Origin: Rhodosorus marinus CCMP1338 | Taxonomy: Eukaryota > Plantae > Rhodophyta | NCBI GenBank assembly: GCA_029953675.1 | Contig: JAMWBK010000002.1 | Coordinates: forward strand, 868,001-932,000 | DNA: 64,000 nt | Direction of reading: 5' to 3' | In this document: positions 52,882-63,499 of the stretch, in pieces | How positions within the stretch are numbered: position 1 is the first letter of the stretch | Layout of the letters: the number at the start of each line of letters is the position of its first letter | Program-made: the position numbers and the translations under genes | The notes under the pieces: generated by a model | Database searches by the model: none | What the model was told of the DNA's origin: nothing | The model's input: the letters and a program-made list of their open reading frames with translations, nothing else

Positions 52882-53913
52882 ATGTTGGTAGAGGAGGAGC
52901 TTTTGCATTGCTTGGAGGCCTCGGGCATTGTCCGAGCGAGGAGGAAGATGTGGAGGTCGCTTCCTGAATCGTTTCGAGGTGGCGATGCGGTGAAGGTGTG
53001 GGTGACCGCAGAGGCGGCATTCAACAACTACGAGGCTCTGAGGAAGGGCCAGATGATGCTAGAACGCGGCTTGATCAGTCCCGTCGGTGGAAGAAGAAAG
53101 AAGTTTGACGTCAATAGCTTCTATAAGATCACACGAGCAGAGTCCGGGATTTGGGATGGAGCGTTTAAAGAACCGGACCAAAAGCTTCTTGTTCGTTTGG
53201 TGTTGGATAATATTGTCGTCGAGACAAAGTCGCGTGGTTCCCCGTTTCCATCGTACTTCTCTGCGCGCGAGGCAGTGAAGCTTTGGGTGGCGAGAGGGAC
53301 TGTCCCTGATGTGCACATGGCTGTTAAAGTCGGGGAAAAGCTTGTTCAGAGCAGGTTCATCGAGCCTGTCGGACATAGGAGACCTTTTGCGAACAAGAAT
53401 CGTTACTTTGCGGTTACCATTGCTCAGCAGGATGATTACGTTGCGACTGATGAGCTTGTGGCGTTTTTGGAGGGAAACGACGGAAAGAAGAGAGGGTCGG
53501 TTGTCTTCCAGAAGTTCGTCACCACTATAGTGGCGAGCAACAAATCATCGCTGGAAACCGTCCATGCCGAGTTCGTGGACGACGAGCTCGAGAAAGAGGA
53601 AAGGGCGAGCGGTTTCGGCAGCAGATTGTCCGCCATCCGACAGTGAGTTGACCAAAGCCTAGGAAATGTCCTGTAGTTCTGCCGTGAACTGAACCAACCT
53701 CTTCTTGTTTTCCACTGCAGCTCGTTGGTTAGCATTGGAGGGAATGACATGACATTTGAGGAAGAAGATCTTTCGTAAGGGCCGATTTCTTTTAGGGAAA
53801 CGCTGTACTTGAGGTGCAATATTTCTGTTCTGAATCGTCCTTCTTTTATTCCTGGTCGTGCTTCTTACAGGGTCCCTTTCTTTGAGCCGAAGAGTGTTCC
53901 ATTCTTCGAGTGA
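52882..53913 (+). CDS. Tandem DEP-domain protein, 3 exons
   Basis: DEP1: SFRGGDAVKVW...EALRKGQMMLERGLISPV...F...FY. DEP2: FSAREAVKLW...AVKVGEKLVQSRFIEPV...F..Y. Phase-2 introns at 53643-53720 and 53775-53870; stop at 53911-53913. Confidence 0.72.
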
Positions 53914-54556
53914 AGAGGATCAACATCCGCCCAGTAGGCGCCTTCGGCGATCGAAATCTCCGAGATACGGAGACCACTGATATGTTGTCGCCGATGGGCT
54001 GGAGATGCGTTGCGTAGACATGACTTCCTTATCTTCTTTGCAGCGAGTGTTTATATGTCTTTGTTTATTTTATCCTATTAGTGCAGTGGAGAAGTTAAAA
54101 AGTCCACTGTCTATGTGCCGCTCTTATGGGTGCCTCAGGGGCTTGGTGCACCGCAAGAGGCCGTTTGCCATCAGGTGCCACGGCTTGTGTGTTCGATGCT
54201 TCACTGCCAACTTGAGCGGTGTTGGCTTCTTCGTTGGCGTTATTTGAGACATCATCCATCCACAGCAACTGGCTGCAGTGAAAGCGGTACCAGGCTCAAC
54301 GAGGCTCAGCGCGATTCGGCGAAAGCAGATTGCCTCCAATCTTGACTACGAAGTTGACTTACTGGTGCACTTCTTTCTGGAGTCTGCTTATCGTCAATTC
54401 GTCCTGAAACTTGCTCAGTTTAGAGCGTCCCTCACAGCCAGTAGCAGAACCTTTATTCGTAGCAAGTCACGCTCTTCTCATGCAAAACCATTCTCAACCA
54501 TAACCAGCACTTCCATCCGTATCTGCTGAACATTTCCTTACCCAACCCAACCCAGG

Positions 54557-54700
54557 ATTGGAATCATTGACTCTCGTTCATTGGTTAATAGGACCTAACA
54601 CATAGCTTATATCCAATGAATTCTCATTATAGTACCTCTAAATTGAATAATTGATTGGAAATAAGAGAATGAAAGAATTGGTTGGTTATTATTATCCAAT
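54557..54700. promoter_or_regulatory. Cluster of six CCAAT boxes ~300 bp upstream of the 55002 gene
   Basis: ATTGG at 54557, 54580, 54654 and 54677; CCAAT at 54613 and 54696. Function is inferred. Confidence 0.45.
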
Positions 54701-55001
54701 GGGAGATTGACTTATCTCGAGATTGCTTGGTTATGAGTTCGACGTCATATGGATCGAAAGGTGACGTCAAGGGAGGGTTGCGAATTTCTCGCTAGAAGTT
54801 AGCGGTGAAGGTGTGCATGCTTCAAAGACGATCGATGCTGGTGGGTTTGTAGGAAAAGGCCTGAGTAAAAGAGAGAACACAAAGGGTTGTCCGGCTACTT
54901 GATTAGGTTGAAGGGTCTTAAGGAAACTTTGTCTTGGCTTGGTGCCCGTTTTCTGCGGTCATCCGTGAGGGATTGTAGGGGATTTTCTAGGAGGGTCGAA
55001 G

Positions 55002-55358
55002 ATGGAGAAGTTCAAAAGTGCTTTTATGGTGCCGGTTGGGAGAGGTGTTGGGTCTAGGAGGGTGGCAGTATGCGCGAAAAATTCCCGGGACAATGGCGTG
55101 AGCGCCGAGGAGAAGGCCGCGAGAATGGCTGAGTTAAGGCAAGAAATCGTTCAGAATCCGGAGAAAGCGCAGGAGGTCCTGAGGTTTATGAGCATGCGGG
55201 ATAGGCTAGAGTACGTCGACTCGAAAGGCAATTTGACGAGGACTTTTTACTCTGCAGTTGCTCTCACCGTGTTAGTGTACGGCGGGTTTATGTACATTAG
55301 CTACTACTTCACTGTTTCGTTTGTTCAATACCTTTTCAGGGTAATAAGGGTCCTGTAG
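55002..55358 (+). CDS. Hypothetical plastid-targeted small membrane protein (3' end may be spliced)
   Basis: ATG at 55002. Transit-like MEKFKSAFMVPVGRGVGSRRVAVCAK, a helical charged middle and a hydrophobic segment SAVALTVLVYGGFMYISYYF. Confidence 0.55.
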   Translation: MEKFKSAFMVPVGRGVGSRRVAVCAKNSRDNGVSAEEKAARMAELRQEIVQNPEKAQEVLRFMSMRDRLEYVDSKGNLTRTFYSAVALTVLVYGGFMYISYYFTVSFVQYLFRVIRVL

Positions 55359-55882
55359 CTGGTTTCCCGAGAGGTACCTGATCGTAGCCCTGCACGTCGA
55401 GAGTAATTGACTAATTGAAAGGAGGTGAATCGCGATTTTACGAGATAGTTTTTAGAATCGGATTCAAAGTATAACCCAGCCAGAGGATAGCAGAGAACAG
55501 AGCCTGAATGTGAAGTTGACCCCGCGTGTGGTACACATGTTCAGAACATTTGGATTAAAAAAGTCAAGGAAACTCTTCTTGCTTCGGACGGGTAGTCCCG
55601 TACATCGCTGTCAGCTTCAGCAACAGTTTTATGTTTAATTCGCGCCCTTCAGGAAAGGTTGAAGAATGCGGTTGACTTCGTCGCTACGACAACTCTAGAA
55701 AAAAACAGCGAGCTTTACTCAAAGCTGTCAAGAGCGTCTACACGCACGGGCTCTCCCTATAGGGTGCACGCTGTATCGACCCTCAGAGCCCGCAACACCC
55801 GTAGCGGCTCTATATACAATGCTCCCGGAGGCAACAGGCCCTTCGGTTCACCCTTGTACTAGCAACGAACGCTCTGCGAGAA

Positions 55883-57579
55883 TCATACGAGGCCTTTAAC
55901 GCAACACAACTCAGCGTTCAGGATCGATCCTCCAGCTGCGCCAACAATTGTGTTGTGGCCAAGTAGCACGAGCTTGATATCCAGGACGTTGCATTCTCTC
56001 ACACGACCAATGGTCACAGTGTATCCTGAATTGAGGAAACGACACATCAAAGCGTTAGTACAGGTCTGCATCCAAACGTGCAGGAGCATCCACGCATACC
56101 GTTGCCGACCATCCTGTCCAGGCGAGGCTGAGGTCTGTCCGGGGCGTCGTTGTAATCCACATCTTTCGCGGGCGCAGATGGTAGGCCAAGGGACTTGGCA
56201 ATGCTTGGATACGATCTGATCGCGTCAATGACCTCCTCGGGTGTTGCCTTCGTCTTCAGCTGCATGGATACTGCTTCTGTATGTCCATCGATCACATGGA
56301 CTCGATTGCACATCGCGGATATCTTGAATTGAAAAGATACGAGGTTTACTTTAGCCCATGAAAGCCACTTGTCTGTCCAGTTGCTGGACGTTCCTCGTAC
56401 CATGAAGTCTGCATCCTGAAAAGAACCGTCAGCGCAAGTACCCAAAATTTTCTTGGCCTCTGTTTCCATTTTCCCTTCTTCGCCACCAATGTGTGGAACA
56501 ACGTTGTCGAAGATATCCATCGACGACAGTCCCGGGTAGCCGGCTCCAGAAATTGCCTGAAAGATAAAACGAAAACAATCTTGAGACGAGATGCAAGGGG
56601 AACGCGCGAGCTACTCTCTACGTACTTGCATGGTAGACACAATGACTTTTTCGAGGCCAAACTTTTCATGGATAGGCTTGAGACCTATGCTCATAGCTGT
56701 GGTGCTGCAGTTGGCATTGGTGATGATGAAACCAGGAATGTCCTTGTTCTTGCGTTGCGCCTCGATGATATCTAAGTGACTCGCGTTAACAGTGGGGATC
56801 AGAATCGGAACATCGTCATCCATGCGATGGTTCTTAGCATTCGAGAACACAGCCTACACAGAAACATTGGGAAAAGAAGTAGTAAGTGATTTGGAGCTGC
56901 TGAACAGCTGCAGTCTGGTTCACATTGTGCACACAGAGCGAGTCTAGAACCCACGGCTCCAACGGAGAGGGATAGACTGTATACCTTTCCAGCCTTCGCA
57001 AACTCGTCCTCGATGTCACCAGCAAAAGTATTATCTAATCCACTGAAGATAATCATTGCGTCTTTGAAAGCTGGTGCATCCGGCACACATTCTGAGACGA
57101 CAATTTCTTTCATTTTCCTGAAGAGCGGCCACAGCTTAGAAAACGAACGTCTACACAAACACAAGCATTTTTGGGGGAGCCTCTGGCGTACTCAGGGATC
57201 GCAGAGGCCTGCTTCCAGGATACTGCGTCATTGTACTTTTTCCCAGCAGATCGAGGGGATGCTCCGAGTCCAACCACGTCGAACCAGGGGTGGTCCTCCA
57301 GAAGAGTCATAAACCTCTGACCAACGGACCCAGTACATCCCAGTACGCCCACCTTTACTGGAGATCCATCGTACGCCATAACAACTCTCGCCCTCTAACC
57401 AAAAAAGGCACAGAAAAGCAGACGAACATGATCAGCACATCCCTCACTTCCGAACTGGATCCCTTGAAAACCAGACTCCTCACCCCTCTTCTCTGCACAG
57501 CCCGCTCATTGTTCCTACTAGAGAATCCAACAAGAGAAGATCTCCCGATGGCCCCTGTGACAAACCCGACTTCCACCAT
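55883..57579 (-). CDS. asd: Aspartate-semialdehyde dehydrogenase, archaeal/fungal (HOM2-like) type with plastid transit peptide, 7 exons
   Basis: Motifs [74 protein letters not shown] and [17 protein letters not shown]; six in-phase GT-AG introns. Confidence 0.96.
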
Positions 57580-59239
57580 CGTAACCAAAAAGAGTACGGA
57601 AAAAAAGGAAAAAAGGGGAAGGCTATTACAGAGCAAAATAAAAACAACCAAGCTCCAATATAGAACTGCAAAGACAAAGCTTCAAAAACCTCCTCCTACT
57701 CCATACCCTCCCACCAGCCCACACACACACACCCCAGACAACTTCCCGTCCCCCCAAAATGCATCGACTTCGGCTGTATATACTCCAGATTGAGGTACCC
57801 TGTCAAGATGGAAAACTCTCCCACAATTTTTCTTTGTTGTGTATTCACACGTCCCGATGGAAAACTCACTCCCTCCAATTTTTTCTCAAAAAACAAGCAC
57901 GAGAGCCTTTTTGGCCGTGGTCAAAAACCCAATCCATCAAAAATATTTTCCAAAAACAATTTTCAGCATATTTGACGAGGTGAATCCCTTTTTTTGAGTC
58001 AGATTTGGGCATCATTCTAAGTTTTTTCGTAAACGAGAATATCAGGCGCAATGGATGCGGCTAAATTGTTTTAGTTTTTAGGATTTGACGAGATGGATCA
58101 GAACGAGATCAGCTTACAGAATAAACCTTTGCTAGACAATAAGTATTATTAAATACATTATCAATAGCGTTTCTTTTGTCGTATTTATGTTTAGTCTACT
58201 GGCTAAGTAGGTCCCTCGGTGCCGGCGGAAAACGGAGGTTTTTGGATCAAAGGAGGGCCTAGGTGGAATAGGATTAGTAAATATTCGCTATTCTATTACT
58301 TGATGTTGATAGTAGAGGTTAGTGTTTTTGTACTGACGGAGAGGTTGCTGAGGCCATCGCGACAGGAGCTGTGGGTTCCTGGGGCCCGAACGCGAGACGT
58401 ATGGAATTTAAAACACACATCCTGGGCGACTGACCTTTTGTGTCGAGAGTTGACCTAAATACCACCCTTCCCCCGGCCGTGGCTGCGCTCTGGTAGCAGA
58501 AGAAGACCATACATCATGTTCCCGTGGTGGTCAAGAGGATATCGGAACTAATCGAGAAGTGCTGCCTTCGTGAACGTTGATTCCAAGTTCTCAGGAAACC
58601 CAAGCAATGGTATTCCGGTTTACGGCACGAGGAGCGCAGAAATCCAACGGTCTACTCACATTTCTGTTGCGAAGGCAAAAGTTGGAGAGCAATCTTCCCA
58701 CTTACGATTAAACCAGGGAACAGCGCTCAGGAGTGCTCCTAGGCCAGAGGAGTGACAAAACGGCCCTTGGAGGGGGGTAAAAGAAGTCGCAACCGGTCCG
58801 CAAGGGAACAGAAGAGTTGTAAACTACTGACCAAGTCGAGAACAGAGCCGCGAACGGCGGAAAAGGCCAAGAAAGGAGCAAAGGCAGTGATACAATAATA
58901 GTTAGTTATACCTCTTGGGAGTGTTTCCCAAAGCAGTCGCAAATAGCCTGTAAAAAACTGGCTAGCAGGCCTGGTGGCTGTTCAGGGTAGTTTGAAGAAA
59001 AGCTAGGCAGAATTTCTGGAAAAGGTGAGCTCATAGCAGGGTATTCGATTTGTGTTCGTGAGCTATACCCGATTGTTCTGCGCAATTGAGACCGTCTGCG
59101 AATACCTTCTCTGGGTATATGCGAGCGTGGTCGCTCAGATAGGCGGAGCTTGTCTAGTTGCCTTGTATCGAGAAAGCAGATGTTCCTCGCAGGTTATCCC
59201 CGGGCACATCGGTTTGCCGCTTTCAATCACGCGTTGAGT

Positions 59240-59432
59240 CATCGAGTGCTTTGGTTTAGTTGGTAGTGTAGGTTCTCGTTGGCTTCGTGCGCTCTTTCGG
59301 AACAACCCAGGGCGTCTTGATAGCCTTCTCGCGGAGCTGTCTTTGACCCTCTGGCGTTCCAACGCTGCTGTATTGTTGGACACGCGTCCTCAGTGCCCTG
59401 TTTCTCGCTTCTCAGGGTTAGTTGGGATCTGA
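59240..59432 (+). mobile_element. CRE-like non-LTR retrotransposon family B, 3' fragment, copy 1 (most diverged)
   Basis: IECFGLVGSVGSRWLRALFRNNPGRLDSLLAELSLTLWRSNAA, ending gatctgaataa. Confidence 0.75.
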
Positions 59433-59837
59433 ATAAGTGGATACCATTGAATATTGATAAATACTAAGTCGCAGCCTGTCATTGAATTTTAGGTGATTTT
59501 TCCTGGTGAGAGCAGGATATTTTGAAAGGGAGTTTGTAGCTCTTGGAATAGAAGGTATATGAGCGAACTATATCTTTTGCGTATGTGGCTCTTTTATTTC
59601 TTGTCTTCGAGTGTCCCTCACTAGTATACCATCGAGCTTGCCTCATGTAGGTCTCACAGTGTTTCCTCCAACTCTTCTAATCACATCAGAGTCCTATTGA
59701 CTAGCAAGACATGTACTTATGTACATGTCTTGCTTCAACGCGTCTGATCCTATCCAGGATCTGCACGTTCATAGTTTTTTTTTCCTATCATCACGCTTCT
59801 GGCACATGTGGTGGGATGTAAACTGTGCCATCAACCC

Positions 59838-60030
59838 TATCGAAGCTTGGTCTCGTACAGGTTCTCGCTGGCTGCGAGGTATCTTTCACAACGACCCAGG
59901 GCGTCTAGATAGTCTGCTCACGGAGCTTTCTTTGACCCTGTGGCGCTCAAATGCTGCTTTTTTTGTAGACGCGCGTCATCAGCGTCTTGTCTCTCGCTTC
60001 TCAGGGTAGTCAGGCTCTGAATAAACGGAA
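59838..60030 (+). mobile_element. CRE-like family B, 3' fragment, copy 2
   Basis: GSRWLRGIFHNDPGRLDSLLTELSLTLWRSNAAFFVDARHQRLVSRFSG*, ending ggctctgaataaa. Confidence 0.8.
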
Positions 60031-60039
60031 CAACAAGTT

Positions 60040-60730
60040 CGAGACCGGTAAGCGCCAACCGCGGATACGCAGGCATGACCGTGAAGAAGCAGGAGGTGAG
60101 CCTCCCCCCCAAACCGCGCAGGCGAGCCAAAATAGCAGGAAGATGAACTCAGAAGGGTGGCATACGAGTCCCGATGTATGTCCCACGAAAGGGGTTTTTG
60201 GATTACATCGCTCCTCGAAGGGGCCAGACCCGACCGGGAAACGCCCTCCTCTGGCGGTCTCGACGGCACAACCACGGCATCAATATCCTCGGCAGTTTCT
60301 ACTCCATTTCCAGCACACGGCGCTGCAGCAAGGACTCCCGAACGCTGGCTGCCGAGGGAGTCAAGAACTCCCGCCCAGGAATCGCAACGAGCCTGGGTAC
60401 CACTCGGCAGGGCAGTGCATTGTTGAAAGGCGGCCTCCACTTCCGCAAAAACCACCCCGAGCCGCGGTGCGAGAGTCGCGTCTAGCCTCCCAACCCGAAG
60501 CCCTCTCAACAAACCACACACAGGCGGATCATGCTCCGTAGACCACGTATTAAGCTCATTGGCGCACGAACTCACCACAGCCGCCGGCTGAATCGCCGCA
60601 TAAGATCCCACGGCCAGCCCGCCCAACCGCACGGGCAACGCGATCTGCCGGTGAAGGACATCCTTTTCTGCGACTCACGCATGGGTTGCCATCGCGCCGC
60701 CTGAAGACCAGACAACGTTCTGAGCACATT
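60040..60730 (-). mobile_element. CRE-like family A' internal fragment (RT thumb to pre-zinc-knuckle region), inverted
   Basis: Minus strand QIALPVRLGGLAVGS..IQPAA and ARLRGLGGRLTSCFFTVMP, which resembles the CRE motif ARL.S..G..A..WL...P. Confidence 0.75.
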
Positions 60731-60875
60731 TGAACCCGGACCCTGTGGAGGGGCAATGCCTGGGTTACCCTTAATAGCTTTAGGTAGGTAGGTAGTTCTG
60801 CTTGCTGTCACCTGTCGGTGACTCCCCGTTCCCTATCGTAGGACACCCACCCGGGTTGTTAGTTTCTCAATAAAA
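60731..60875 (+). mobile_element. CRE-like family A' 3' end (ORF C-terminus plus 3' UTR and A-rich tail)
   Basis: RTLWRGNAWVTLN followed by a UTR homologous to 62410-62545, ending tcaataaaaagaaagaaaa. Confidence 0.75.
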
Positions 60876-60899
60876 AGAAAGAAAACGACTGGACATGCC

Positions 60900-62545
60900 C
60901 CCTCAGCTGGTGCGTGATAGCGCGGGAGGTGGACGCGCGTTCTCTACATGTGCTCAGTCGTCTTTGCGGGCCGCTGCATGACCAACCGCTCTTGTCAATT
61001 GGCGATGCCAATTTGTGGCAAACGCAGATTCAACTCCCTTGCCGCTGGTGTGGCTTGAGATTTTCCTCCCAGGCGCGCATCCAGCCCGCTGCCGCCGTCG
61101 ACGCCTGGCTCCAGCTATTCCAAGGCCCGCTCGCAGATCTGCCGCCTACCCTCCGATTGAAGCAGCTACTGACGAGCTCCGATGATAAGTCTACGCTTCC
61201 CAGAACATGACCCTGCTAGCTGTCGAGATCCAGAACTTGCTCCGCACTGGTTCGGAGAACTTGCCCGGAGATTGTTCGCCTTCCCTCGCCCGCGCCGCCA
61301 CATGAGACGGACTCCTGAACCCGAGTCCTGTGCGACGCCATATGCCGTCAACTGAGACCGTCGAAGACAGCCCACCCGGCCTTTAACCCACGTGCAACGC
61401 GCCTTCTCCAACGTCTCTGCATCAGACAGCGTAAAGTGCCATAGTCGACGAGCCAACGGTCCCAGTCTACGTGCGAGCTCGACTTCGCTCAGAAACCGGT
61501 GGCGCAAGCGGTACCTGGCTTCGCGATATTCCAACAGCCCGCACACTCTTCGTCACAAGGGCAGCAACTCATCGCGAACATCCGACAACTCCTTGGAGTA
61601 CCGCTCGTTGACAAACCGCTGCCCGCGCCCTGCCCCTCCTGCAGAACGACCCATGACGTCCACGGTTATCAACTCCTCCACCTTTGCACCCGCTCCCTAC
61701 GACTGCGGATCCATCGACACCACGAGCTAGTGCGGAACACCGCGCGGCTTCTGAGAGATTGGGGCTACGAGGCCTTTGTATGCGGCAGCGATGTCAAACC
61801 CTACCTTTCGCGATTCGGCGTTGACATACCGGTTTGTCCCCCCATTATTGAATGCTTTGGCTTGATAGATAGTGTAGGTTCTCGCTGGCTGCGAGGTTTC
61901 CCTCGCACCGACCCAGGACGTCTAGATAGTCAGCTCCTGGAGCTTTATTTGACCCTGTGGCGCTCAAATGCTGCTTTGTTTGTAGACGCGCGTCATCAGC
62001 GTCTTGTCTCTCGCTTCTCAGAATAGTTAGGCTCTGAATAAACGGCGACGTTGTCGTCGAGCCAGGACCAGTGCACGAGGAGCTACCTCATCGAGCACCT
62101 GATATCTACGGGAAACACGGGCGAACGCACCGGACGTTATTCTTCGATGTCGTAGTTACCAGCCCTCTCCAGACGGCCTTCCTGCGACGTACAGCTAGCT
62201 ACACGAACTGCCCTCGCTGCCCACACTGTCTCTCAATAAAGGGAAAGTCAGTAAATATCGCGCCGCTGTGGCTGACCCAGAGGATTTTATCCCGATCGCC
62301 CTCGAGACCCATGGAACACTCGCGACCTGTACGATGGCAGACCTTGCTTGGCTCACGAGACACCGTCACTCCGACCGCAGCGCCCTCAATAGAGCCCTTG
62401 CCGCTATGAACCGCACGCTGTGGAGAGGCAATGCCTGGGTTGCCCTCAATAGAGGAGAGAGTGCTAACCCCAGTACTAGGTAGTTGGTGATTATTTCGGT
62501 AGTCGTCACATAGTTATGACTCCCCTTTGCCTTTCGTAGGATACC
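60900..62545 (+). mobile_element. CRE-like family A, 5'-truncated copy (thumb, CCHC knuckle, RLE endonuclease, 3' UTR), interrupted by family B copy 3
   Basis: QIQLPCRWCGL, RARLRSETGGASGTWLRDIP, CPSC-x8-(Q/H)LLHLC...RHHELV, RAPDI...FFDVVVTSP, FIPIALETHG and NRTLWRGNA; frameshifted. Confidence 0.85.
61788..62043 (+). mobile_element. CRE-like family B, 3' fragment, copy 3, nested in family A
   Basis: SDVKPYLSRF...PIIECFGLIDSVGSRWLRG...LTLWRSNAALFVDARHQRLVSRFSE*. It is flanked by cggc on both sides. Confidence 0.85.
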
Positions 62546-62569
62546 CATCCGGGTTCACAGTAAAACCTT

Positions 62570-63090
62570 CAGGTTTATTCAGAGCCTAACTACCCTGAGA
62601 AGCGAGAGGCACGACGCTGATGACGCGCGTCTACAAACAAAGCAGCATTTGAGCGCCACAAGGTCAAAGAAAGCTCCGTGAGCAGACTATCGAGACGCCC
62701 TGGGTCGTTGCGAAAGATACGTCGCAGCTAGCGAGAACCTACACTATCTATCAAGCCAAAGCATTCAACAATGAGGGGGACAAACAGGTATGTCACTGCA
62801 GAATCGCGCGAAAAGTAGGGTTTGACATCGCTGCTGCGTACTCTGATTCCTTCGCATGCCGCATGGACCGAGCTCCAGCTCCTCGACGCCGAGCGGACGC
62901 TGCAGGTAACTGGTCGCCTGAGGACAAGGGATGGAGAGGTCAATGTACAACTGCGACGGGCATTTAGGTCAGACACAACGAGATCCCGGTCACTCTCGTC
63001 AGCAATTTCCGTTGCCGCCGCCAGAGGGACCTCATACTCCACTTCTCGGTCGTACCGAGCGGTTGAGAACGAAGGTAGCGGAAAAGCTAG
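62570..63090 (-). mobile_element. CRE-like family B, copy 4 (longest, whole RLE region), tail-to-tail with family A
   Basis: RYDREVEYEVP...RDLVVSD...SDVKPY...FVPLIVECFGLIDSVGS...LTLWRSNA. Confidence 0.85.
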
Positions 63091-63104
63091 CAGTAAAGCT
63101 CCTT

Positions 63105-63155
63105 CACGTTATTCAGAGCCTAGCTAGCCTGAGAAGCAAGCAACAAGACGCTGAA
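63105..63155 (-). mobile_element. CRE-like family B, copy 5 (~50 bp 3' tip)
   Basis: Reverse complement tcagcgtcttgttgcttgcttctcaggctagctaggctctgaataa matches the family B terminus. Confidence 0.7.
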
Positions 63156-63499
63156 AACCAAGGTTGGGTATAAGGTTTTTTTTTATCTGAGGTGGGCACG
63201 ATTGAGCTTGTTCGCGATCTTGGTGTGGTTCGCCATCTTTCTGCGGCTGTTCCTCGCCTTTCCCGGCGTCTCCTGGTCGTCCGCGAAGGGGTTTTTGGGT
63301 GGTTTTGGCCTGGGAAGGTGGATTGGTTTAATTTTTGGTGTTTGTGTTTTGCGCGGCGATATTACGGTCATCGGCTGTGTTTGTGGGGTACACCTGAGCA
63401 CACTCTTCCCCGGCGTCCCTCTGAATCTGCGCTTCAGATGGTTTCATCAACTGCCTCTCCTACATTCCGCTTAATCACTCCGCAGTCAGTGGAGCTGCG

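Noticed and set aside
57116-57192. Possible GC donor in asd after EYAR
   Set aside because: The upstream ga|gtacgc donor gives an in-frame IPEKMKE with a normal GT-AG intron.
59990-60005. tcgcttctc in family B resembles the U2 snRNA 5' end (Utopia-type target)
   Set aside because: The match is 9 nt, lies inside the element ORF, and no other U2 sequence is present.
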